Positions 1 through 8,260 of a DNA stretch of 64,000 bases are shown piece after piece. Within the stretch, counting starts at the first letter, position 1. Each line of letters starts with the position of its first letter. This stretch comes from Hyphomicrobiales bacterium (GTDB lineage: Bacteria; Pseudomonadota; Alphaproteobacteria; Rhizobiales; OSC116), in the NCBI GenBank assembly GCA_013214705.1, contig JABSRZ010000003.1, forward strand, positions 320,437-384,436, in the 5' to 3' direction. The translations under genes and the position numbers were made by a program. The notes beneath the pieces are model-generated. The model had not been told where the DNA came from and did not search any database. It saw nothing but the letters and a program-made list of their open reading frames with translations.

Positions 1-73
1 AGTTGTTTCCTAACAGATTGCATGATAAAGGTATTAGTTAACTGCATATACATTTATATTATTGAGGATTAAA

Positions 74-1918
74 ATGAATAAACTGGTACTAGTCTACGAT
101 CCGCAGACAATTAAACATCTTGGAGTATCACTATATTCACAACTACCTAGCGTGCTATCCGAGTTAGTCTCAAATTCTTATGACGCGGATGCAGAAAACC
201 TTCGAATCGACTTCGCAGAAGGTATTTCCAAAACTATAACAATTACTGATGACGGCGAAGGAATGACTTTCGATGATTTGAATGAAAAGTATCTTACAAT
301 TGGTCGAAACAGAAGAACTTCTACACAGGATGCAAAAACTTCAAAGTTTAAAAGGCAAGTAATCGGCAAAAAAGGGTTAGGCAAACTCTCTGTTTTTGGA
401 ATATGCGAAGAGGTTATTATTACGAGTGTTAAAGACGGTTTACTTAATTCATTTTCGATGAATTTAGCAGACATTGAAACATCTAAAGGGCAATACAACC
501 CACACATAATTGAACATGACGTTGCAACTTCAAAAAATAGTGGAACGGTTTTAGAACTTAAAAAAATCAGACGCAAAACGGCCTTTGATATCAAAAGAAT
601 TAGCTCGAGTTTAGCCAAAAAATTTGTAGTTTTCGATGAAATATGTACAAAAATTTACAACAATGGAAAATTAGAAAAAACAATTACTAATGAAACAAAA
701 TTTGAAGATATTAAAGAACAGTTCGCGTGGGAGTTTCCAGAACCTGATGCCACTGATTATGATCTTTCAGATAAAGTAATAGGAAAAATATTTACAACAG
801 AAACTCCCCTGAGAGACACTAAAATGAGGGGCATCTACCTCACATCACGTGGAAAAATTGTAAACGATTCATCTTTCTTTGATGCCCGTGATAATGACCT
901 CGTTCACACTTATATGACAGGGTATCTAGCTGTCGATTTCATTGAAGGTTTTGGCGAAGACGTTATTAGTACAGACAGGAATTCGTTAAACTGGGAAACT
1001 GACGAAACTATTGCATTGAAAAATTACCTTACCCAACTCATTACAGGAATAGCTAGTGAATGGAAAAAAAAGAGAGCTGCAATCAAGGCCAAAATAATCA
1101 CCGTAAACAATGGTGAAACGTTTTCAGATTGGGAAAATAGCTTGCCAAATATTGAAAAAAAATTGTCTAAAAAAATCAGCGTTCCTATTCTAAATTCTCC
1201 CGAGTTGACAACGGAAAAAACGCAAGAAGTATTACAAAGCTTCACAAAGCAGTTTAGTGACAACAATTACAGAGAATATGTCGAGGAGTTGAGTGATAAA
1301 GTTGATGATAACAACATTCCTAGTGTAATAGAACTGCTAAATGATTGGGATTTATTAGAGAAAAAAGCACTAAGCAACGTCGCTATAGCAAGAATTGGGG
1401 TTATTTCTGAATTCGAAAAATTATTATCTGAAGACACTCTTGAAGTCCCAACACTTCACAATTTTCTTAAACGATTTTCTTGGATACTTGACCCACGAAT
1501 TCTCGAACTCCAAGATGAAGTTTATTACTCGACGTTATTAAAAGAAAATTTCCCAGAAGAAAAACTCGATGAGGCGAACAAGAGAATTGATTTTTTGTGC
1601 AGCAACGCTTTAGGTGGTGTTCTATATATAATTGAAATCAAGCGATCAAGATTCAAGATTAACGATAAAGCTATTACCCAAGCCGCCAGATACCGATCAT
1701 TCATTAAAAGAAAATATGCTTCTCAGTCTGGTTTTAGTAATGTTGTTTGCTTTGTAGTAGGCGGAACTAAAGCAGACGATGCGGACACAATGGATTTAGA
1801 AGAAACATATATTAAGTCTGGAGAGGTGTTTGTTAAAACTTATGCCGAGTTACTCGAACAATCCAAAACTTTTCATCGTGATTTCATTGATTCTCACAAA
1901 TCCCTAAACAAGTCATAA
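74..1918 (+). CDS. GHKL (MORC/MutL-like HATPase) ATPase fused to a C-terminal PD-(D/E)xK-like nuclease module. Probable restriction/effector partner of the adjacent C5 methyltransferase.
   Basis: ORF 62..1918; in-frame ATG at 74 behind GAGG (64-67). Bergerat-fold motifs: ELVSNSYDADAENLRI (N box), ITDDGEGMT (G1), GKKGLGKLSVFG (G2). The C-terminus has RIDFLCSN...GVLYIIEIKRS, a D...ExK pattern. Convergent with the methyltransferase and overlapping its 3' end. Confidence 0.75.
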   Translation: MNKLVLVYDPQTIKHLGVSLYSQLPSVLSELVSNSYDADAENLRIDFAEGISKTITITDDGEGMTFDDLNEKYLTIGRNRRTSTQDAKTSKFKRQVIGKKGLGKLSVFGICEEVIITSVKDGLLNSFSMNLADIETSKGQYNPHIIEHDVATSKNSGTVLELKKIRRKTAFDIKRISSSLAKKFVVFDEICTKIYNNGKLEKTITNETKFEDIKEQFAWEFPEPDATDYDLSDKVIGKIFTTETPLRDTKMRGIYLTSRGKIVNDSSFFDARDNDLVHTYMTGYLAVDFIEGFGEDVISTDRNSLNWETDETIALKNYLTQLITGIASEWKKKRAAIKAKIITVNNGETFSDWENSLPNIEKKLSKKISVPILNSPELTTEKTQEVLQSFTKQFSDNNYREYVEELSDKVDDNNIPSVIELLNDWDLLEKKALSNVAIARIGVISEFEKLLSEDTLEVPTLHNFLKRFSWILDPRILELQDEVYYSTLLKENFPEEKLDEANKRIDFLCSNALGGVLYIIEIKRSRFKINDKAITQAARYRSFIKRKYASQSGFSNVVCFVVGGTKADDADTMDLEETYIKSGEVFVKTYAELLEQSKTFHRDFIDSHKSLNKS

Positions 1919-3435
1919 ACAACCGATGCAATTTGGTTGGCTAGAAAAGCTGGCACAGCATTGCCAACCTGCAAGTATTGAGATGTTCTTGGCCCTTCGA
2001 AAAAATAGTTGTCTGGAAATGTTTGTATTCTAGCAGCCTCTCTTACGGTCAAGCTTCTTGATTGCTTACTGTCGTAATGAATATAATAATGGCCATCTTT
2101 AGCGATATGAGAAGTAATTGTTGTAGCTGGCGTATTACTCAGCTGTACTCTGAACCTATCACTAAATAGAGAGCCTGAGTTTATAGACTTTTCTACATTT
2201 TTATGGTTAGGCAACAAAAATGTCGGAAAATCTCTCAGTGATATGTTTTTTTGTTTTTCTTCTGCTGCCTTTGAAAGAAAGTGATATCTCTGCAAATCCG
2301 ATTTCATATGAGATCTACTCATATGATTAAGCACACCGTCCAGCTTACTATCATGGAACCATTTGAAATTATTAGGTTTCACTCTAAATTTCAGATACTC
2401 GCTGCCAATATCATTTTTACTTAATAATTTTGCTTTGGGAAAAGATGTTTTTATAGATTCCTGCCACGAGACTAAATTATCTTCTGCTTTTGAAACTCTT
2501 GATCTAATCGGAGGCAAATCGCTGATTGCGTCCTTAACACTCGTTAATATTTTGGAAGGTTTCAACTGACCAGGAATAATTTTTAAATCATTTCTAACTG
2601 CCAACAAAATAACTCTATGTCGCCTCTGAGGAATTCCGTATAATTCACTTTCAATTATGAAATCATTTCTGTTTAGCTCGTCAGATTTCTTGGTACTGAT
2701 AAGTGAATAAACAGTGTACGTCTCATTTCTAAAAAACCTTTTTCTATTTGGCTCTATTAGCCTAACAGGATTTTTTATATCTTTCAGAATTTTTTCAAAA
2801 ACAAACTCACCATTAAGTTTGGATGAAAGAATTCCCTTCACATTTTCCATCACAAAGACTGCAGGCTTCACTTCAGCAATAATCTTCAAATATTCCTCAT
2901 ACAAGGTGTGTCGATGGTCATTTTCAAAACCGTCATTTTTTTTCATTTTAGAGCGGCCTATCAGTGAGTAAGCCTGACATGGCGGACCGCCTAAAACGAT
3001 ACTTCTCGATGGGTATTTTATTTGTTTTCTAATTCTTTCCATTACCTTATCGTGCGGATAGCTTTTAGCGCCTAGTTCTGCTTGCCAAGTAATCTCATTC
3101 GCGGCTTCAAATTCCGAAGGATATTTCACAAATAGCTTTTCCCTAGTCATTTCCCCTTTTACATAGCTGTAATATTCATATGGAACTTCGTCAAATTGAT
3201 GAAAAAAGTTTCTTAAAAGAAGCGTTTGGTATGCAAACTTTTCCTTTTCGATAGAAATTTTCACTTTGAACGGGTGTTTTTTTCTCGTATTAAAACCAGA
3301 AAAACCTTCAGAGAGCCCGCCTGCACCAGCGAATAAATCAATAACTTCTATATTTTTCAAAAAAATCAACCCCTTAATTATGAACAAAATATCGCAAAGC
3401 TTTTCTTTTTCAAGCAAATAAAACTTGCCGCGCAA
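1894..3435 (-). CDS. DNA (cytosine-5) methyltransferase
   Basis: IDLFAGAGGLSEGF (motif I), GGPPCQAYS (motif IV, catalytic Cys), ENVKG (VI), QRRHR (VIII), TVREAARIQTFPD and GNAVP (IX/X), with a long variable region between VIII and IX. There is no ATG before motif I. The track start 3435 is a TTG 5 nt after the upstream stop; the TTG at 3360 behind AAGGGG is an alternative start. Confidence 0.9.
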   Translation of the reverse strand: MRGKFYLLEKEKLCDILFIIKGLIFLKNIEVIDLFAGAGGLSEGFSGFNTRKKHPFKVKISIEKEKFAYQTLLLRNFFHQFDEVPYEYYSYVKGEMTREKLFVKYPSEFEAANEITWQAELGAKSYPHDKVMERIRKQIKYPSRSIVLGGPPCQAYSLIGRSKMKKNDGFENDHRHTLYEEYLKIIAEVKPAVFVMENVKGILSSKLNGEFVFEKILKDIKNPVRLIEPNRKRFFRNETYTVYSLISTKKSDELNRNDFIIESELYGIPQRRHRVILLAVRNDLKIIPGQLKPSKILTSVKDAISDLPPIRSRVSKAEDNLVSWQESIKTSFPKAKLLSKNDIGSEYLKFRVKPNNFKWFHDSKLDGVLNHMSRSHMKSDLQRYHFLSKAAEEKQKNISLRDFPTFLLPNHKNVEKSINSGSLFSDRFRVQLSNTPATTITSHIAKDGHYYIHYDSKQSRSLTVREAARIQTFPDNYFFEGPRTSQYLQVGNAVPAFLANQIASVVYDLFRDL

Positions 3436-3440
3436 AGTAT

Positions 3441-3686
3441 CTAACCCACATGTTCCCGTTTGGCTTCTGCGGCTTGCGTATCGATAAGATCGGCTAAATC
3501 ATTTAGATGAATCAACCATGGGTGTTTTTGGGATTTTCCTAGCCTGAATGCCGGAACCGGTAGAGTGCCACACTTTGCCCTGTTACAGGCCGTGTGGGTG
3601 CTCATGTTGAAATATTCTTTACAAACCTCAATCAACGGAATAACTGGTTTTTCAAATTGGGCGAGTAACATAAAGTGAGTGTTCAT
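3441..3686 (-). CDS. PrtN/excisionase-like small DNA-binding protein
   Basis: ATG at 3686 overlaps the upstream stop (ATGA). MNTHFMLLAQFEKPVIPLIEVCKEYF...LPVPAFRLGKSQKHPWLIHLNDLADLID resembles the pyocin-activator PrtN family as I recall it. Its position in the leftward operon fits an Xis-like role. Confidence 0.55.
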   Translation of the reverse strand: MNTHFMLLAQFEKPVIPLIEVCKEYFNMSTHTACNRAKCGTLPVPAFRLGKSQKHPWLIHLNDLADLIDTQAAEAKREHVG

Positions 3687-4090
3687 ACTGGTACCCAAAT
3701 CTTGTGGTGCTCACGAATAGTGGCCAACATATCTTGCAAATTATATTCGCCATCATTGTACAGCTTTTCGCAAAGCGCCAGCGGGTCAATTTCGCGGTCT
3801 AACCACCATTCTTCTTCTGAATCTGCATTATGTTGGGCAAGCGGCCCTGTGCGGTGGGTTTCTTTTGACAGTGGTAATACCCAAGAATCATCCGGTTTTG
3901 ACGCCATACCAGTGGCATATTTGGTGGGGTAATTGCCCAGATCAACATATTTTACGTGAGCGGCTTCAACATCAATTGTTGATTTGGAAATTATGCACGG
4001 GCACAGGCGTATAAGCTGCAAATATTTTACATCGCGCACCCGCTTTATTTTAAAATTTGGTTTATATTCTCGCTTAACTTGATGTGACAT
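3683..4090 (-). CDS. Hypothetical phage protein, possibly a degenerate Ref/DUF968-like HNH-fold protein
   Basis: Pattern CPCI...VEAAHV...ASKPDDSWVLPLSKETHR..GPLAQH...EEWW loosely recalls Ref/DUF968 zinc/HNH proteins, but with Cys/His positions replaced. Weak call. Confidence 0.3.
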   Translation of the reverse strand: MSHQVKREYKPNFKIKRVRDVKYLQLIRLCPCIISKSTIDVEAAHVKYVDLGNYPTKYATGMASKPDDSWVLPLSKETHRTGPLAQHNADSEEEWWLDREIDPLALCEKLYNDGEYNLQDMLATIREHHKIWVPV

Positions 4091-4095
4091 TCAAC

Positions 4096-4122
4096 AACCT
4101 ATCATAATTACGATAGGTTTTT
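4096..4122. terminator. Stable hairpin between the repressor gene and the next leftward gene (terminator-like on the + strand; covers the RBS region of the 4090 gene on the - strand)
   Basis: AACCTATC (4096-4103) / GATAGGTT (4112-4119) form a perfect 8-bp stem with an 8-nt loop, followed by TTTTT on the + strand. Confidence 0.35.
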
Positions 4123-4184
4123 ATAATATGTATAATTTGATGTGTCAATCATTAATCAGATAGAGATAGTAGATTTCAGTCTAT

Positions 4185-4877
4185 TTAACCGCCTATTATT
4201 TCTCTTTGGGATAGCACTTTGTGAATTTGAAATATGTTTTTCGTAGGTATTTTTACTTCTAGCGGTGGGTTTAGTTGTTTGAAAATGGTATCACCATCAC
4301 GTTGGCCAGCATAGGCTCTTACGGTCATTTCTTCAACGGAATCTGGATTGTTTTTTTCTCTAACCACAACAATATCGCCTTCCCCATATGGTAGATGCGG
4401 GCTAACTAGCGCCATATCCTTTACGTTAAATGCCGGTGCCATTGTATTGTTGTTAACATAGATTGCATATAAACCTTCCAGACCATTCATTGAAGGTGGC
4501 CAATTTATTTTGCCTATATAGGCATTTGCCAGTTTGTTGTTTTTTGTTAGCTCCGCTGCAGCGGTGGACTTGATGGGAATAGACATAGACACATGGTTCG
4601 TTCTTGGCCGGCCCATTGGTGTTTTATCTGCATCGTGCACCCTTATTACTTTGCCAGGTTTGGTTTCATCTCGGCCCATCAACCAATCAACACTAACATT
4701 AAGCGCGTCAGCAATTTCACCCAAGCCAGTTGGTTTTTTAATTTTGCCGTTAATTAAAAAATTTAAACCAGATTGGCTAACACCACTCCTGCGCGCCAGT
4801 TCTGCCTGAGATATGCCCATTTCATTAATTCTTGATTGAATTCTTTCACCTGTCGTTTGCACCAGGGAATCCTCCAT
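4185..4877 (-). CDS. cI: CI-like prophage repressor (XRE-type HTH plus S24 LexA-like peptidase domain)
   Basis: N-terminal HTH ISQAELARRSGVSQSGLNFLINGK. C-terminal S24-like NNNTMAPAFNVKDMALV...GDIVVV...FKQL. Divergent from a cro-like gene across a 95-bp operator region. Confidence 0.85.
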   Translation of the reverse strand: MEDSLVQTTGERIQSRINEMGISQAELARRSGVSQSGLNFLINGKIKKPTGLGEIADALNVSVDWLMGRDETKPGKVIRVHDADKTPMGRPRTNHVSMSIPIKSTAAAELTKNNKLANAYIGKINWPPSMNGLEGLYAIYVNNNTMAPAFNVKDMALVSPHLPYGEGDIVVVREKNNPDSVEEMTVRAYAGQRDGDTIFKQLNPPLEVKIPTKNIFQIHKVLSQREIIGG

Positions 4878-4972
4878 AATTGTTTGGAATTAATTTAGCA
4901 AATATCAGTAAATTGATATCTATATTTTAATTAGTTGACATAGTAGGTATACATATACTAATAGTAGAGGCT
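4878..4972. promoter_or_regulatory. Immunity switch region: divergent promoters/operators between the repressor and cro
   Basis: Inverted repeat ATATCA-N6-TGATAT (4902-4919). TTGACA at 4935-4940 with a -10-like ACTAAT 16 bp downstream (4957-4962), reading toward cro. Confidence 0.55.
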
Positions 4973-5167
4973 ATGAAAATTAAACAAGCGATAAAAATTA
5001 TAGGTGGTCAAAGTGAAACCGCTCGAAGACTTGGCGTAGCCCAAAGCAATGTGCATCGTTGGCACAGTGGCAAGGCAAAAATACCTGCTGAATACGCATT
5101 AGAAGTCGAACATCTAACATCAAAAAAAATTACACGCGTTGATTTACGCCCAGATTTGCGGTGGTAA
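4973..5167 (+). CDS. cro: Cro/YdaS-like small HTH regulator
   Basis: 64 aa. GGQSETARRLGVAQSNVHRWHSGKAKIP is an HTH. Divergent from the repressor. Confidence 0.75.
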   Translation: MKIKQAIKIIGGQSETARRLGVAQSNVHRWHSGKAKIPAEYALEVEHLTSKKITRVDLRPDLRW

Positions 5168-5415
5168 TAACATGAAACAATATATTCAAAAATACCGAGG
5201 GCCACTCGGTTGGGTAAATCGGGGTAATGCCTCACTTAAAACGTTTATTTTTGCCGCACTTCGTTGGCGTTTTGAGACTATCTCGATTTACCCGGTTCTA
5301 TCTCTCCCTAGACTGGCGGCTTGTCGGGCTTTTAGTTAAACCCGATGAGTTGCTGTTTTTTCAAAAATAGCAAACACCAGAAAATATGTAAATTGGAAAA
5401 ACGAAAGAAATTTCC

Positions 5416-5934
5416 ATGAGTGAAAACGAAAAAATTGTAAACCGCCCTCACCCCGATAGATTTTACCGGGCCATCAAAGCCGGCACTCAAATTGTTGTTG
5501 ATGAATTATTTGGTATTGAAAATTGTGCTTCACTAACCCGGGGCAGCAAGTCGAGTTTCAGTAATTTCACCAATATCAACGAAACATCATTTATTGGCGC
5601 CGATCAGATAGCAGACTTGGAGCACCATATAGGCGACTGTCCTATCACAACCGAGCTTGCCCGTATTCAAGGCAAAGCATTGGTGGATTTGCCCAGTCCC
5701 AATAATGATAAAAACTGGATGATGGAATTTGCCAACCTGGCGCGCCAAAGCGGAAAAGCATTAGATAAGCTTGCCCATGCCATGAATGATGATGGCAAAG
5801 TCGATGCCCAAGAAATTATCGATTTGAACCTACGCAAACGAACCCAGACATTGATTCAATCGTTAGTGAATTTGGAAGCCAAGTTTGATGAAACCGAAAA
5901 ACAAGCAGAGCGTGAAAAGCGCCGAAATAATTAG
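5416..5934 (+). CDS. CII-like (CP76-type) lysogeny-establishment regulator candidate
   Basis: 172 aa, first gene right of cro. Its size and position fit phage 186 CII/CP76-type proteins. The similarity is from recollection only. Confidence 0.35.
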   Translation: MSENEKIVNRPHPDRFYRAIKAGTQIVVDELFGIENCASLTRGSKSSFSNFTNINETSFIGADQIADLEHHIGDCPITTELARIQGKALVDLPSPNNDKNWMMEFANLARQSGKALDKLAHAMNDDGKVDAQEIIDLNLRKRTQTLIQSLVNLEAKFDETEKQAEREKRRNN

Positions 5935-6127
5935 AATTCTTTAGGTGGTCGGTGCCACACAGCGCCGAGAATAAAATGAATTTGTAGCCCAACATGAGTG
6001 ATCTTTTGGGGTGGGTATTTTTATGCCCTTTTCAAACTGCAAATTAAAGCCACCTGCCCTATTTGAGTTATCAAGATTTGCTTGATAACTGGCAATTGGA
6101 ACGGTGATGGATATGATTTCACGAGAT

Positions 6128-7204
6128 TTAGTTTTGTTGTTCCCCTCGAGCCTCTCTAGGTCGATTAGCAAGCCGAGTATATTTGCCAAACGGACGCGGC
6201 GGCGCCTGTTTTTGCCATTCATCAAATTTATTAAACGGCAAAATCTTTATATCACCTGCGTCGCGGACGCCGAATGTGGACTCGACGTCCTTCGCTGTCC
6301 AGTCAATTGTATTTGTTGGCCAAAGAATACATCCGTACAACTGTTGCCTGATAATGTCTTTGTCCTCAATGAGGCAAAAATTGTCAGAAGAAATCAAACA
6401 ATCGTCAAGCCTAATTTTCGTATCTCGAGAGAAAATTGCATCGTAAAAATTGCATCTTTTAAAAATTATTCCTCTGAAATCACAAGCTGTAAACTGGAAG
6501 TTTTCAAAACTAATGTCTTTGATTTCGATGGGATTAGATTGTTCACGGCCTCTAAACGTAAATTTTTGGGCTGCATAAAACTCCTGTATATGAACCGTAA
6601 AATTTACATGCTCATTGCATTCTTCACTGCTGACGATTTCGGAAATAGTTCGAAGAAGAAAAACAACAAAAACACTTCCATATTTGTTTTTTTGGGGTCC
6701 GATCATATCGAGCTCTGCACTGAATACCCTGCCAACCATAATAAGTGTCTCAATGACCGTCTCTGTATAATCTTTGGGTGCGTCCAAAGCGAGTTGTTTC
6801 ATCAACCTCATCCCTGCATACCAAGAGTCGGCGGCATTATTGTAGTTCATCATCTCCAAATAGCTTTGAAACTCGTTTCGGTGGTTGTCCTTAATTTCAA
6901 TTGCATGATTTTTTTGTGCAGTTTCGTTTTGACCTTCTGCGGCTTTAGTGCGGCGATTCAACAATCTAATACCCCACAGGGCAATAACGGCGGTGACGAC
7001 GGGGATGCTGATTTCGAAGAGAGAAGGAACTATGCCAGACGTTTCATCAAACATAGATTTGAACATAGAATCCCAAAATCGATCAATGGTAAAAAGGTCA
7101 TATCGAATACAAGTGATAACAGTCACCATGAAAACCACAACAGTCCCAAAAACAATTGCAAAAACTTTTGGAATACTGATTTCTGTTTTGGTTTCTTTTT
7201 TCAT
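6128..7204 (-). CDS. Membrane-anchored protein with C-terminal pentapeptide-repeat-like region (accessory cargo)
   Basis: Two N-terminal TM helices (VFAIVFGTVVVFMVTVITCI; IPVVTAVIALWGIRLL). ISFENFQFTACDFRGIIFKRCNFYDAIFSRDTKIRLDDCLISSDNF is pentapeptide-like. AT-rich and antisense to the early operon. Confidence 0.65.
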   Translation of the reverse strand: MKKETKTEISIPKVFAIVFGTVVVFMVTVITCIRYDLFTIDRFWDSMFKSMFDETSGIVPSLFEISIPVVTAVIALWGIRLLNRRTKAAEGQNETAQKNHAIEIKDNHRNEFQSYLEMMNYNNAADSWYAGMRLMKQLALDAPKDYTETVIETLIMVGRVFSAELDMIGPQKNKYGSVFVVFLLRTISEIVSSEECNEHVNFTVHIQEFYAAQKFTFRGREQSNPIEIKDISFENFQFTACDFRGIIFKRCNFYDAIFSRDTKIRLDDCLISSDNFCLIEDKDIIRQQLYGCILWPTNTIDWTAKDVESTFGVRDAGDIKILPFNKFDEWQKQAPPRPFGKYTRLANRPREARGEQQN

Positions 7205-7220
7205 AAATATCTACCCATAG

Positions 7221-7291
7221 TTGCCAATGACAATGAAGTAATTTCAGAAAATTACGAGCAAGAGTCGAGTTTATTTTCATTTAATGAAATT
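7221..7291. repeat. Copy 1 of an approximately 70-bp repeated leader, upstream (in minus-strand sense) of gene 6128..7204
   Basis: Aligns without gaps to 7935-8005, with about 52 of 71 positions identical by hand count. Contains the perfect 15-mer GAGCAAGAGTCGAGT at 7256-7270. Confidence 0.8.
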
Positions 7292-7912
7292 ATTTTCGAG
7301 AAAAATAGTTCCATTGATATTACAAAAGTTTTCAATTTCGTCATTTGGCGGCACGTTAGTTTTCACGGCATTAAAAATGGTGCTTTCGAAAAGACTTCTA
7401 ATTCCTTTGGCCAGAAAGATGTGGCCTCGTTGAGACAATTTGTAATCACACAAGTCAACGGTCAAAATCAAACCGGAAACTTTGTTTACATCTTGATTGT
7501 ACCTTTGTTCCATGAGTTTGTTTTTTTCCGGATTGTCAGAGCTGGAGTAAGCAATTCTCATATCAAAACTATTGTGAAGACCAATAGTTCGAACAGATTC
7601 AATAATTTTGTCGCATTTTTCTTTCAAGATAAAATCAAAATCTGCAATCTTATCTATGTTTCTGGTCTTCGCTATTTCACCAGTACGTTTAAAAATTATA
7701 TCAGCTTTGCCGTTAAACCTAGAGTTTATTTGATTGATAATTGCAGCTTCATTTTTTTTAAACGGACAAAAACTCTCCCACAACATAACGTCATTAAGAT
7801 CAGCCGCAAATATTGTTATTCTATGTTTTTCATACATATCATCGGTTTCGTTAGCCCACGATATCCCCAGAATGGAATAAACTATAATTATGATTTTAAA
7901 TATAAAATTCAT
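7277..7912 (-). CDS. Secreted/periplasmic protein of unknown function (accessory cargo)
   Basis: ATG at 7912 behind GAGGTG (7917-7922); the track start 7915 is a TTG. Signal-peptide-like MNFIFKIIIIVYSILGISWA then NETDD. No motif recognised. Confidence 0.6.
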   Translation of the reverse strand: MNFIFKIIIIVYSILGISWANETDDMYEKHRITIFAADLNDVMLWESFCPFKKNEAAIINQINSRFNGKADIIFKRTGEIAKTRNIDKIADFDFILKEKCDKIIESVRTIGLHNSFDMRIAYSSSDNPEKNKLMEQRYNQDVNKVSGLILTVDLCDYKLSQRGHIFLAKGIRSLFESTIFNAVKTNVPPNDEIENFCNINGTIFLENNFIK

Positions 7913-7934
7913 CAATCACCTCAAATACTAAAAA

Positions 7935-8005
7935 TTGCTAACGATAATAAAGCAACTTTAGAAAAACTTGAGCAAGAGTCGAGTCAATTTTCAATTGATT
8001 CATTG
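7935..8005. repeat. Copy 2 of the approximately 70-bp repeated leader, upstream of gene 7277..7912
   Basis: Same 15-mer core GAGCAAGAGTCGAGT at 7970-7984; the flanks are similar to 7221-7291. Confidence 0.8.
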
Positions 8006-8260
8006 ACTTTTAACCATTTTACACGCAATATAAAGGTGCATTGCAATAGTAATGCCGATTTTGAAAGATCGAATTTCGATAGGCGCCCAACACGCCAATT
8101 TTATTTGCGTGTTTTTTTATACACCAGCTTTGGTGTATCTATGGGGCGGTTACGGGGCGCTTATGCGCGCTGTCTCCTATCGAGCAGTCTTTCAACTCGT
8201 AATCGCCTCACCAATTCATTTGAAAGTGTTTGGTTTGGCCTAAAATCGATAGGTAAAACC

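Noticed and set aside
5195-5209. Hairpin CCGAG-GGCCA-CTCGG between cro and the cII-like gene, considered as a nutR boxB-like site
   Set aside because: No N-like antiterminator gene or boxA-like element is recognisable. A 5-bp stem alone is too weak as evidence. It also lies inside a possible small ORF (5172-5339) that I could not support either.
6104-8260. The 863-aa + strand ORF (6104..8695), the longest ORF in the early region
   Set aside because: Most of its translation is low-complexity, Phe/Ile/Asn/Cys-rich and motif-free. It lies exactly antisense to two better-formed genes with start signals, TM/signal peptides and a repeat motif. Only its last 144 codons (8261-8695) fit the translationally coupled early operon.
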